Source: an uncultured bacterium | GTDB taxonomy: Bacteria > Muiribacteriota > Ozemobacteria > Ozemobacterales > Ozemobacteraceae | Direction of reading: 5' to 3' | DNA length: 64,000 nucleotides | NCBI GenBank assembly: GCA_937949615.1 | Contig: CALEDQ010000004.1 | Span: forward strand, 326,326-390,325 | Shown: one piece after another, positions 31,266-40,465 of the stretch | How positions within the stretch are numbered: position 1 is the stretch's first letter | Layout: each line of letters starts with the position of its first letter | Made by a program: the position numbers and the translations under genes | The notes under the pieces: model-generated | Databases searched by the model: none | Seen by the model: the letters and a program-made list of their open reading frames with translations, nothing else | Told to the model about the DNA's origin: nothing

Positions 31266-32276
31266 CTAATTCACTTTCTTTCGCCTGTTATTATTTTTAT
31301 CTGGCCTGTCTTTTTCGGAAGGTCTTTCGCGATTTCTTTTCCCGGCTGAATTTTCCGGGGAAAATGATTTTCTGAATTCTCTTACCTTCTCCCAGCGCTC
31401 TTCATCAGTTTTTCCTGTATTATTTTCAGAATTCCGCTGCATTCGCTCACGGTATTCACCAACTTCTTTTTCTCTGCGTTCTTCGCGCCTTTCGCGCCTT
31501 TCAATCTTTTCCCGGCTTTCGCGTTCTTCACGATTTTCTCGCCTTTTGATTCTTTCCGGATCTTCGCGGTCTTTGCCATTTGCGTTTTCTTTTTCCCTCA
31601 ATTGACTACGGGCCGGTTTTCGCAGGTTATTCGGCCTTTCCGGCCTTCTCATCCTGTTCTTTTCTTCTTTCTGCTTTTCATTACGCGGAACTCTCCTGCC
31701 AATGCCGTCTCTATTTTCATCTGATTCCCGGTTCCTGTTTTTTTCACCCCGCCTTTCTTCATGGCGTTTGAATCTGGAATCATCTTTGTCAGCAAGTTTT
31801 TCTCTGCCATTATTATCAGAAATACTGCCAGGCCGGTTTTCTTTAGAATAGCCGTCATCGGCCTTTCTGCCGCCACGAAATCCTGATTTTTCTCTGTAGA
31901 AGCGCTTTTTTTCTACCGGCAGTCTTTCAAACTGCCGGAACTTTTCAAATATCTGCTTCTGACGCCCTGGTTCCAGGCCGCGCAACCGCTTAAAATTATT
32001 TTCAACTCTCTGTTTTTCTTCAGGTTCCAGTTTTTCGATCTTCTGGAAATTATCTTTCAGCTGCCTGAACTTCTCTTCGGACATCTGCCTGGCCCTGTTT
32101 CTTATTGCCTCTTTCTTTTCGTCCGAAAAACTGTTCCAGAGCTTCAGCTTCTCTTCAAAACTCATCGCCTGTAATCTGGCGGTTTCTGAAGAATTTTCAG
32201 CAAGAACTTCCGCCTTCAATCCACACAAGAGAAGGCAGATCAACGAAAGAATAATAATTCCATAAAATCTTTTCAT
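31266..32276 (-). CDS. Periplasmic Lys/Glu/Arg-rich repeat protein (DUF3106-like LxPEEK repeats), co-operonic with the ECF sigma/anti-sigma pair
   Basis: Signal peptide MKRFYGIIILSLICLLLCGLKA. Repeats KLEPEEKQR, GLEPGRQKQ and RLPVEKKR. Highly charged C-terminal half. Start overlaps the anti-sigma gene. Confidence 0.55.
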   Translation of the reverse strand: MKRFYGIIILSLICLLLCGLKAEVLAENSSETARLQAMSFEEKLKLWNSFSDEKKEAIRNRARQMSEEKFRQLKDNFQKIEKLEPEEKQRVENNFKRLRGLEPGRQKQIFEKFRQFERLPVEKKRFYREKSGFRGGRKADDGYSKENRPGSISDNNGREKLADKDDSRFKRHEERRGEKNRNRESDENRDGIGRRVPRNEKQKEEKNRMRRPERPNNLRKPARSQLREKENANGKDREDPERIKRRENREERESREKIERRERREERREKEVGEYRERMQRNSENNTGKTDEERWEKVREFRKSFSPENSAGKRNRERPSEKDRPDKNNNRRKKVN

Positions 32277-32827
32277 TTTTCTTCTTCCAGAGTTTCAACT
32301 GCTTCCAGATCCATCAGCAGGTCGAGATTCTCAAGCACATCGGCATTCTCATAAATTTCCAGATCCCGGATTATCTCTTCATCTTTGACGTTTCTTACGA
32401 GTTCAATTTTTTCGCTGGTGCTTATTCCGGTAGCGTCAATGGCTGCCGGAGTCGTTTTCAGATAAATTACCCCGGCACCAAGCAAAATCAGCAATGATGC
32501 AAATGCAGGTATAGCCACTGCCCGGTTGAATGTTATTTCGGCAATCAGCTTCTGCCATAAAGTCTGCTTCGACACTTCGTCTTTCTTCTGCTGAATACGG
32601 AAAATAACCTTCGAGGTAAAATTATCATCAACAACAGGAGCATTGTATTCAGACAACAGTTCCCAGCTCGATCTGAGCATTTCGAGCTCACGTCGGCACT
32701 CATGGCAACCGGCAAGGTGCTTATCAAGAAGTTTCTGGTCTTCAGATGAAAGACCCTGGTCAAGATATTCCGGCATCAGATTTTTTGCTTTTTTGCAGTC
32801 CATAGTTTCCTCAACTAAGCTAGACAC
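32273..32827 (-). CDS. Anti-sigma factor (zf-HC2 zinc finger, single TM, periplasmic C-terminal domain)
   Basis: CKKAKNLMPEY...HLAGCHECRRELE is an HxxxCxxC zinc-binding anti-sigma motif. One TM helix. Overlaps the sigma factor gene. Confidence 0.7.
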   Translation of the reverse strand: MSSLVEETMDCKKAKNLMPEYLDQGLSSEDQKLLDKHLAGCHECRRELEMLRSSWELLSEYNAPVVDDNFTSKVIFRIQQKKDEVSKQTLWQKLIAEITFNRAVAIPAFASLLILLGAGVIYLKTTPAAIDATGISTSEKIELVRNVKDEEIIRDLEIYENADVLENLDLLMDLEAVETLEEEK

Positions 32828-33476
32828 TTTCCCGCAGATATTCCTTCAAGAACTCTTTCATTGCCTGCCTTCCACGGAAGAGAAGCGACTTCACGGCCTG
32901 AATCGAACAACTCATTATCTCGGCAATTTCTTCATAACTCAGATCATCATATCTTTTCAGAAGAATTACCAGTCTCTGAGATTCTGGCAGGCGCTTCAAC
33001 GCTTCACCGATCATTCTTTGCTTTTCTGCTGACATTGCGGCTTCACAGGGCTCCGGACTCTTTTCATCCGGCAGGCCGGAACGGATTCCCTCGGGCTTTT
33101 CAGCAGAGTTTTCATCGAGAGAAAGACTGGATCCTCTCTTTCTCAGAGCCTGCAGACAGGCATTTCTGGCAATTACATACAGCCAGGTGGTAAATCTGGC
33201 TGTGGGCTGGTAAGTATTTCTGGCAAAATAAACCTTCACAAATACTTCCTGGGCAATATCTTCAGCATCCTGATTACCATCGAGGAATCTGAAGGTCAGA
33301 TTGAAAATTCTCTGTTTATGCCGATCTACGAGAACCCTGAAACATGCTTCATCCCCGCCTTTAAATTGAAGCATAAGTTCTTCGTCTGTTCTATTGTCGA
33401 CTTCTCTGGCCAAATTATCCCTCTGCAAAGCTAATCTGTGATATCTGAATACGATAACGCAAACCACATTATGCAA
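32820..33476 (-). CDS. ECF-family RNA polymerase sigma-70 factor
   Basis: Region 2 DAEDIAQEVFVKVY...FTTWLYVIARN. Region 4 LPESQRLVILLKRYDDLSYEEIAEIMSCSIQAVKSLLFRGR. Confidence 0.85.
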   Translation of the reverse strand: MHNVVCVIVFRYHRLALQRDNLAREVDNRTDEELMLQFKGGDEACFRVLVDRHKQRIFNLTFRFLDGNQDAEDIAQEVFVKVYFARNTYQPTARFTTWLYVIARNACLQALRKRGSSLSLDENSAEKPEGIRSGLPDEKSPEPCEAAMSAEKQRMIGEALKRLPESQRLVILLKRYDDLSYEEIAEIMSCSIQAVKSLLFRGRQAMKEFLKEYLRESV

Positions 33477-33519
33477 GCCCGGCCGGCACCAAAGATGCCG
33501 ACCGGCGCCAATGCCCGGA

Positions 33520-34461
33520 TCATTTTCTACCTTTTCCAGGATTTGTTCCAGAGTAATTTTTTATGCCCTTGCCTGCATCATTTTTTCGATTGCCAATATG
33601 CAGACCATTCGAGCCTTTGCCAGATTTCGCACCTTTTAAACCTGAGTCTTCGTTAGAAGAATTAACTGGCGCTTCTATCTTTCTGCCTTTTCTTTTCCCA
33701 GAAAAAACTTCCTGCCCAGATTTACCGTTACCCCGAAAACAATCACCGGTGATTTTTTCAGCGCCTCTGACTCTTCTGCGGCCGATCCTGTCCGGGCTTT
33801 TGCCAGGTCCACCCTGAGGACCGGGTTTGTTTTCCCAGTTGGTGCCAGGCCCGCCCTTTGCGCCTGGGGGATTGTTGTCATTATCATGGCGGCGGGCATG
33901 TCTTTTGCCACCTATTTTATCAGGACTTTTGCCAGGTCCGCCCTGAGGACCGGGTCTGTTTTCCCAGTTGGTGCCAGGCCCGCCCTTTGCACCTGGAGGA
34001 TTGTTGTCATTATCATGGCGGCGGGCATGTCTTTTGCCACGTGCCTGGTCATGAATCCTGCCTGGGTTACCCCGAGAGTTATTGTCATTATCGTTACCTA
34101 AAACATTTTCTTTACCATCAGAGTCGGTATTTTCACCCTTGCGGTGCCCCTGTCTCTGACCGGGCATTTCATCACTGTGTCCGGTTCTGACCCCGGATTT
34201 ACCATCTTCGTGGCCCTGTCCGTTTCCAGTATCATTTTCAAAAGAGAGGTCTTCGTTTTTCCTACCCTGCCAGGACTTTTCATTGCCTTTGGCTTCTTCG
34301 TTGGCACGGTTGCCTTTTTCAATCAAGCCTTCATCCACTGAAACATCAGACTCTTCCTGTGCCATTACAGGGCTGGTTAATCCAGAGACAGCCATGACAA
34401 CAATCAAGGCTGCACGAACGAAAAGTTTTGTACCGGATTTTGCACTTTCTGAAATTTTCAT
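33520..34461 (-). CDS. Secreted Gly/Asn/Pro/Lys-rich low-complexity protein containing a 43-aa tandem duplication
   Basis: Signal peptide ...LIVVMAVSGLTSPVMAQ. GKRHARRHDNDNNPPGAKGGPGTNWEN(R/K)PGPQGGPGKSPD(K/R)IG is repeated twice. Confidence 0.5.
   Translation of the reverse strand: MKISESAKSGTKLFVRAALIVVMAVSGLTSPVMAQEESDVSVDEGLIEKGNRANEEAKGNEKSWQGRKNEDLSFENDTGNGQGHEDGKSGVRTGHSDEMPGQRQGHRKGENTDSDGKENVLGNDNDNNSRGNPGRIHDQARGKRHARRHDNDNNPPGAKGGPGTNWENRPGPQGGPGKSPDKIGGKRHARRHDNDNNPPGAKGGPGTNWENKPGPQGGPGKSPDRIGRRRVRGAEKITGDCFRGNGKSGQEVFSGKRKGRKIEAPVNSSNEDSGLKGAKSGKGSNGLHIGNRKNDAGKGIKNYSGTNPGKGRK
33797..34054. repeat. Tandem direct repeat, 129 bp x 2 (~98% identical), inside the CDS 33520-34461
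   Basis: gccaggtcc(a/g)ccctgaggaccgggt(t/c)tgttttcccagttggtgccaggcccgccctttgc... recurs with a period of 129 bp. Confidence 0.8.
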
Positions 34462-34741
34462 TTCGATTCCTCCTGATTTTTGTGAACCTGCAGATTAAAT
34501 GCAAAAAAATTCAAAAAGTTGCGGTCTTTTTTTCGATTTTTATTTTTCCGTTGTCTTATAGAATACAGGCTCATCACGGCATAAAATTCCCATTCAAAAT
34601 TCAAGAAGAATCCGAAATGCAATTGCATGACGCTCAATTAAGGCAACTCTCTTTACTGAGTTCGAAAACAGCTTTGCTTAAGGTATGTCGCCCAGACAGA
34701 CACCCCAACATCGGCCCAAAAAGCAATTTTTCAAAAAATAT

Positions 34742-34770
34742 TTGACTCGCCACCCCGACAGTGCTATAAT
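34742..34770 (+). promoter_or_regulatory. Consensus sigma70 promoter for tRNA-Gln (TTGACT-17-TATAAT)
   Basis: TTGACT at 34742-34747 and TATAAT at 34765-34770; the tRNA begins 16 nt downstream. Confidence 0.75.
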
Positions 34771-34785
34771 CAACCCCATCGACGA

Positions 34786-34857
34786 TGGGGTGTCGTCTAA
34801 TGGCAGGACAGCAGTCTCTGGAACTGCTTATTGGGGTTCGAGTCCCTGCACCCCAGC
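34786..34857 (+). tRNA. tRNA-Gln (anticodon CTG)
   Basis: TGGGGTG...GCAGT-CTCTGGA-ACTGC...TTCGAGT...CACCCCA-G. Acceptor arms and 3' end resemble E. coli tRNA-Gln. Confidence 0.85.
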
Positions 34858-34862
34858 CGCAA
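34843..34862. repeat. attL: 20-bp direct repeat TCCCTGCACCCCAGCCGCAA (3' end of tRNA-Gln), repeated at 52870-52889
   Basis: Exact 20/20 match between the two positions, read directly from the sequence. Confidence 0.85.
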
Positions 34863-35051
34863 ACGGATCCGAAGAGATCCAAAAAGGTTCAAAATCCCGC
34901 ATCAATAGCGGGATTTTTCATTTTAGCGACACTTATTTGACCTCTTTGGTCTTATTTGATTGACCACCCCCTCCGGTGGTAATATCCGATGGTAATAATC
35001 CACCATTTTCAAGATTACCACCTTTTTGCAAACATTCACCGGAGGCGGCTT

Positions 35052-36314
35052 ATGGCAAAATATTTACTGACTGCCAGTCAGGTTAAAAGTCTGAAAACCA
35101 GACCGGGCAAAAAGATCACAAAGTATCATGACGGAGAAGGACTTTACCTCTGGGTCAATGACACCGATAATTACAAGCGCTGGTTCTTCCGCTACACAAA
35201 TAAGGCAGGCACCCGCAAAGATCTTTTACTCGGCACCTACCCGTTGGTGTCACTTGAGGAAGCTCGAAAACGAGCTGATGAAGCCAGAATCAACAAAGAG
35301 CGTGGTATTGACCCGGTCGAGCACCGCAGGGCAAAGAAGGTTGCCGAGAAAAGCAAGCTCACGAACAGTTTTGAAGTCGTGGCCAGGGAATGGTTCAACA
35401 CCAAGCGACTGCATCTATCAGAGTCAACCAGGACTCGTGACATGGCAAATCTTGAAAACGATATTCTGCCAGCAATCGGCAGCATGAGTATTTCTGAGAT
35501 AACACCGCCGATGATACTGGCAATGTTGAGAAAAATCGAAGCCCGCGGTGCTGGGCAAACTGCTCACCGCACCAGAAGTCAATGTTCGATGATATTCAGA
35601 TACGGCGTTGCCACCGAACGATGCAGTTCGGACCCGTGCAGAGACCTCGTCGACGCATTGAAGCCCACAACAAAGAAACATCGGGCAGCGATAACCGATA
35701 TGGCGAGATTTGCAGAGCTTTTGCGGGCAATCGACGGTTATCGCGGCACTGCGATAGTCAAAACTGCCTTAAAGCTGGCCCCACTGCTCGCAGTAAGACC
35801 AGGCGAACTGAGGTTTGCAAAATGGAAGGATATCAACTTCAATACCCGAGAATGGACGTTCCAGGCAGAAAAAACCAAGGTCGACCACATTGCCCCGTTA
35901 CCCAGGCAGGCAATAGAATTTCTTAACGATTTGAAGAAAATCACTTATGAAAACGACGAATCATATCTTTTCCCCCAGCTGGATCGCAAAGGCAGGGTCA
36001 TGAGCGAAAACACGCTCGTCTACGCCTTACGCGGCCTTGGGTTTTCGGGCGAAGAGATGACGGCACACGGATTCAGAACCACAGCAAAGACAGAACTCCT
36101 CGAACTTGGTTATCCGCTTGCCTGGCTTGAAAAAATGCTGGCTCACGCCCCGAAGGAAAGTCATGGCAGGGCATATAACCGAACCGAATATCGCCAGCAA
36201 CGCCATCAAATGATGCAGGCCTGGGCGGATTATATGGATGAATTAAGATCTGATGTAGAAAGAGACATCACAAAACTGAGAAAAAAACACACATATCGGG
36301 CAACTGAAGTATGA
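35052..36314 (+). CDS. int: Tyrosine-type site-specific integrase (P4-like, N-terminal DUF4102 arm-binding domain)
   Basis: N-terminus MAKYLLTASQVKSLK...GEGLYLWV is a DUF4102 pattern. Catalytic region ...AHGFRTT...LAHAPKESHGRAYNRTEY has R/H/R/Y. Sits next to the tRNA. Confidence 0.85.
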   Translation: MAKYLLTASQVKSLKTRPGKKITKYHDGEGLYLWVNDTDNYKRWFFRYTNKAGTRKDLLLGTYPLVSLEEARKRADEARINKERGIDPVEHRRAKKVAEKSKLTNSFEVVAREWFNTKRLHLSESTRTRDMANLENDILPAIGSMSISEITPPMILAMLRKIEARGAGQTAHRTRSQCSMIFRYGVATERCSSDPCRDLVDALKPTTKKHRAAITDMARFAELLRAIDGYRGTAIVKTALKLAPLLAVRPGELRFAKWKDINFNTREWTFQAEKTKVDHIAPLPRQAIEFLNDLKKITYENDESYLFPQLDRKGRVMSENTLVYALRGLGFSGEEMTAHGFRTTAKTELLELGYPLAWLEKMLAHAPKESHGRAYNRTEYRQQRHQMMQAWADYMDELRSDVERDITKLRKKHTYRATEV

Positions 36315-37183
36315 AAGAGCAAGATCGCCAGTTATATTTCCGTGATTTAGAGAAAGCTGTAGCCACCAAAGAAAAAGCGAAGCTGGTCTTGAAGCAGATA
36401 GAAGAACTAGACGAACAGTTTATATTCCCGCACTCTGAAAAATACCTCAACCTGTGCGAAGAATACGATAGTCTTATCAAAAAAATGGACTCTTTGCCCA
36501 GATTACCGTTCGATCCTTTCGACGCTGATACCTACGAAATCAAAATCGAAAAAGAGTTGATTTCCAGACGAAGAGAAGCCTTGGAATGGGCTAAGGAAAA
36601 CAATATTACTGAAGCTCCAGAATTGGCTAAATATAACTTTAGCCAGTTTAACGACCCCGCATCGCAGGTATGTCACGCTGAAATACTAAAGTTGATCGAA
36701 GCAAACTTGGATCAGCTGGACAGCCTCACTGTCCTGAACACGATTTTATCTGCCTTGAAAAGCAAACTCCTGCTGCCTGAAAAAATCGTTGACTGGTTTG
36801 AAAAAAAATTGTTACCGCTGAGACTTCATAAGAAGCCGTCTTTTAGTTCAAAAGAGAGTTTCGGGGAATTGCCAAAAAGAAATTCAACAGAAATTCGGTT
36901 GGCCAACGGAACCGCATTCAAAATATTCACCATTTTGGTGGAAGCCAAAAAAAACCCTGAGATCAAACTATCCAAACATGGAATACCTCGGGGGAGAGAT
37001 GTTAAACAAACATATGATCATATTTCCCAGGAGATGAAACGTAAACATAATATGACCTGTGGCCGGGGAAAGATTAAAACAATCCTGGATATGGTAGAAA
37101 AAAATCGAGAGGCGAAAAAGCTATATTTACTGGCCGAAAAATTATTTGAATTGCACGAGCTCCTAAAAGAAACAGGAATATAA
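36311..37183 (+). CDS. Hypothetical island protein, translationally coupled to int (ATGA overlap)
   Basis: 290-aa ORF with coiled-coil-like charged sequence. No motif recognised. Confidence 0.45.
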   Translation: MKEQDRQLYFRDLEKAVATKEKAKLVLKQIEELDEQFIFPHSEKYLNLCEEYDSLIKKMDSLPRLPFDPFDADTYEIKIEKELISRRREALEWAKENNITEAPELAKYNFSQFNDPASQVCHAEILKLIEANLDQLDSLTVLNTILSALKSKLLLPEKIVDWFEKKLLPLRLHKKPSFSSKESFGELPKRNSTEIRLANGTAFKIFTILVEAKKNPEIKLSKHGIPRGRDVKQTYDHISQEMKRKHNMTCGRGKIKTILDMVEKNREAKKLYLLAEKLFELHELLKETGI

Positions 37184-37321
37184 TTTTTTAGCTGTCAGTC
37201 TGCATCAGATCAAAGTGCGCAAATTTTTGCGTTTTTTCTTGCGCCTGTTTTCCCCGAAATCCTGATTTAATGAGGCTATAGGCTGTTTAAAGCCATTAAG
37301 TTTCATCAGGAGGTTTTTTCT

Positions 37322-37513
37322 ATGATCGATACACCCGTCCCTAAACGATATTTGCGCCTGAAAGACGTTTTACAGCGGATCCCAGTCTGCCGAACCACGC
37401 TTCTCACAGGCATTAAATCTGGTCGCTTCGAGCTCACACCAATCAAGAATGGTCGTTGCGTCTTTTACGATGAGGACGAGGTGAATCTGCTTCTTCAAAC
37501 AATCGCTGAATAA
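37322..37513 (+). CDS. alpA: AlpA-family phage transcriptional regulator / excisionase-like HTH protein
   Basis: KRYLRLKDVLQRIPVCRTTLLTGIKSGRFELTPIKNGRCVFYDEDEV matches the AlpA/Xis HTH. SD GGAGG is upstream. Confidence 0.75.
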   Translation: MIDTPVPKRYLRLKDVLQRIPVCRTTLLTGIKSGRFELTPIKNGRCVFYDEDEVNLLLQTIAE

Positions 37514-37623
37514 AAGCATCTCCACACCTCAACAAACCCAAAAGTAGCGTGCGGAAAGTAAAGGAGTAGGTAATCCGCACGCTACTCTACACAAAAAAGC
37601 CGCCTACAATAAGGAGAAACTGC

Positions 37624-38367
37624 ATGATCATTAAATTTTCTGCCATCTGCTCAGATAGCATTTTATCAAAATCTTTTCACCTCGGACCAGACGGAGAGCT
37701 CTTGCAAAAGGTGCGAGGTCAAATGACCGAGGGTTTTGTCGAAGTTCGCCAGGTAACTTCTCTGGCAGAGTTCGCTCAGGAACTGACAAATGCCACGCCA
37801 AATCATGCTTTTTGTTACGGAATCCCTCCTTTGCAGCCAGGAGAAATCAAAAAAATCGTAACCACAAACCAACTTCCTTTCGTGACCAATGCTATCGCCA
37901 GAAACAACGAGTTTTTTGAATGGTATCACGGTCCCAGCATTGTTATGATCGACTGTGATTCTCCACCCGATGGGTGCTATTATCCTCGCGACGAACTTGC
38001 TGAAATCTTTATCAAGGCCATTCCCGAGCTGGCGTATACCGAGATGCTTTGGGTTCCGAGCACTGGCAGCTGCATTTACAACACCGAGACTGGGTCTGAG
38101 TTACGCGGAATTCGAGGACAACGTTTTTATTTTGTTATCGACGACGGCCGCGAAATAGGGCGGATCGGTGAAACTTTGTTCCAAGCCCTATGGCTGATGG
38201 GTTACGGCTGGATAAAGATCGGGAAAAAGGGAGCACTGCTGAAACGCACGCTCATCGATGATTCCGTCTATCAACCATGTCGCCTCGACTTTGTTGGTGG
38301 CGCATACTGTGAACCACCACTGGAACAACGTCGCGGTGAGCCCATTTTAATCCAGGCACGCAATTAA
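37624..38367 (+). CDS. Hypothetical protein upstream of the primase; possibly a separate primase-polymerase-like catalytic module
   Basis: Position and stop overlap with the primase gene. Contains an acidic IVMIDCDSPPDG stretch. No confident motif. Confidence 0.35.
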   Translation: MIIKFSAICSDSILSKSFHLGPDGELLQKVRGQMTEGFVEVRQVTSLAEFAQELTNATPNHAFCYGIPPLQPGEIKKIVTTNQLPFVTNAIARNNEFFEWYHGPSIVMIDCDSPPDGCYYPRDELAEIFIKAIPELAYTEMLWVPSTGSCIYNTETGSELRGIRGQRFYFVIDDGREIGRIGETLFQALWLMGYGWIKIGKKGALLKRTLIDDSVYQPCRLDFVGGAYCEPPLEQRRGEPILIQARN

Positions 38368-38382
38368 AGGGAGACGCCACAT

Positions 38383-40335
38383 ATGTTAATAAGTTCATCT
38401 GTTAAAAATCTTTCCATTGCTCAAAAACATCGTTATAACGTACTGGTTAATGAAGCAAAGCTAGCATTGAAGCCAGAATCGGAAAAAATTAAAAATAAAT
38501 ATATCGATACTGAAGTGGACAAAACGCCTGACGATCAGAAGGACACGGTCAGAAAACGGTTAACGGCTATGCTCAATGATGAGGGCGTTTTATACGGCGA
38601 TCACGTGCTTGCATGCCCCAGTTCCGATGGCACGACTAAGAGTTTTTGTGTTGCTGACATTTTTGGCGACAGGAAACATTATGACAAAATGAGGGTTCTC
38701 GACCCTATCGATCAAGAATACGACAACGGTCGTCCAGTTGCTATCATCAATGCTTCAGGGCCGAGACCTTCTATTTACTCGTTCGCGCACGGCGGGAAAA
38801 AATATCTTTTGAACCGCGAGTCACTGGACCAAGCGGGTAATTTGTGCTCTCGGGCTCTTTACAACCCGCACAAGAACACGGACATGGGTAATGCTGAGCG
38901 TTTCCAGCGCCTAGCAAACAAAAAGGCTATTTTTGTTGAGAACATGGGCTGGTTCATGTGGGACGGCAGGCGATACGTGTCCAATCCAATGGGCGTAAAA
39001 GAGCTCTACAAAAGCCTTGTGATCAAGAAACTGTATGAAGAAGTCTCTAGCAGGGGTAAAGAACACGACACACAAGGCGTAAAAGACCTTGTTAGCTGGG
39101 CTAAACGGAGTGAGTCTGACAAGAACGTTATTTCAGCCTTGAATTCTGCTGCAAGTATGCCAGATTTTTTTGTCAAATCGGAAATGCTGGATGCCGACCA
39201 AATGCTTTTGAACGTCGAGAATGGGACCATCAATTTACGAACGGGAGAGTTACGCGAACATGATCCGGACGACCTAATTACCAAACTCGCACCAGTTGTC
39301 TTTGATCCTGAAGCACAAACCCCTACATGGAAACGAGTTTTGGACAGAATTTTCTCCAACAACCAAGATATGATCGGTTTTTTTAAGCGCGCATTTGGTT
39401 ATTCTCTGACAGGTCTGATCAATGAACAATGCTGGTTTATACTTCATGGCGCAGGTGCCAACGGCAAAAGCCTGACCATCAATTGCTTGAAGGAAATGAT
39501 CGGCGACTACTCTGGGCCGGCCGCACCAGAATTACTGATGGCATCTCGAAGCGGTAGCGATCGACACCCGACTGAGTTGGCTGATTTAAGAGGAAAAAGA
39601 TTGGTTGTCTGTCAGGAAACCGAGGAAGGTCGACGACTATCCGAGGTGTTGGTCAAGCAAATGACAGGTGGAGACGCAATCAAGGCCCGATTAATGCGAC
39701 AGGATTTTTTTGAATTTTTGCCAACTCATAAACTCTGGCTTGCAACCAATCACAGGCCCATTATCAAAGACACAACTGAGAGCACATGGCGACGAATACG
39801 CTTGATTCCTTTTGAAATCGTTATTCCTGCGACCGAAAGAGACAAAGACCTGCCTGAAAAACTGAAGAAAGAATGGCCTGGAATATTAAACTGGGCCTTG
39901 GAAGGGTGTTTGGAATGGCAACGTAGTGGTTTAAATCCCCCAACCGAAATTATGAACGCGACCACAGAATACCGCGGTGACCAAGACCTTCTGGCAAAAT
40001 TCATCTCGGAAGAATGTTACTTACATTCGAGCGTGAGAACCAAGCTGAGTGACCTTTATGAAGCCTACACCAAATGGTGCGAAGCCAATCACGAACAAAC
40101 GAAAACCAATAATGCCTTCAGTCGAGCCCTGGCAGAAAGAAGTTTCGAGAAAGAGGTCAGTGGCGTAACTTATTATAGAGGCATTGGGTTGAAAATTGAA
40201 ATACAAACCTCTTTACCAGACCCGGAATATGAAAAAATCCTCGCAGAAAGAGTCTGTGTGGGCGTTAAAACCGGGGACGTGGAAGAAGCCATTATACCTG
40301 AGTCGAAGAAGGAACCCGAACAGACGAAACACTAA
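38383..40335 (+). CDS. P4-family phage/plasmid primase with D5_N and SF3 helicase/NTPase C-terminal region
   Basis: Walker A HGAGANGKS. Walker B RLVVCQETEE. Conserved ...LWLATNHRP...WRRIRLIPF. Confidence 0.8.
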   Translation: MLISSSVKNLSIAQKHRYNVLVNEAKLALKPESEKIKNKYIDTEVDKTPDDQKDTVRKRLTAMLNDEGVLYGDHVLACPSSDGTTKSFCVADIFGDRKHYDKMRVLDPIDQEYDNGRPVAIINASGPRPSIYSFAHGGKKYLLNRESLDQAGNLCSRALYNPHKNTDMGNAERFQRLANKKAIFVENMGWFMWDGRRYVSNPMGVKELYKSLVIKKLYEEVSSRGKEHDTQGVKDLVSWAKRSESDKNVISALNSAASMPDFFVKSEMLDADQMLLNVENGTINLRTGELREHDPDDLITKLAPVVFDPEAQTPTWKRVLDRIFSNNQDMIGFFKRAFGYSLTGLINEQCWFILHGAGANGKSLTINCLKEMIGDYSGPAAPELLMASRSGSDRHPTELADLRGKRLVVCQETEEGRRLSEVLVKQMTGGDAIKARLMRQDFFEFLPTHKLWLATNHRPIIKDTTESTWRRIRLIPFEIVIPATERDKDLPEKLKKEWPGILNWALEGCLEWQRSGLNPPTEIMNATTEYRGDQDLLAKFISEECYLHSSVRTKLSDLYEAYTKWCEANHEQTKTNNAFSRALAERSFEKEVSGVTYYRGIGLKIEIQTSLPDPEYEKILAERVCVGVKTGDVEEAIIPESKKEPEQTKH

Positions 40336-40465
40336 CCACCTGGAGGTTTGGAGGATTTTTTTCAAATTCCGGTATACTTCCCAGTATTTATTTCTAGGGG
40401 TTTATATCGGGAAATGATCAAAAACCTCCAATCCTCCATAAAACTGTATTTTTCTTTTTGTTTAA

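Noticed and set aside
33858-34190. His/Cys-rich 110-aa plus-strand ORF (CCHYHGGGHVFCH repeated)
   Set aside because: It is the antisense translation of the 129-bp tandem repeat in the secreted protein gene. The repeat structure creates an apparent metal-binding motif.
40338-40436. Long-range inverted repeat (cctggaggtttggagga / aacctccaatcctcc) between the convergent primase and hsdR genes
   Set aside because: The arms are imperfect and ~65 nt apart. It is probably just a convergent-terminator region, and I cannot support a specific structure.
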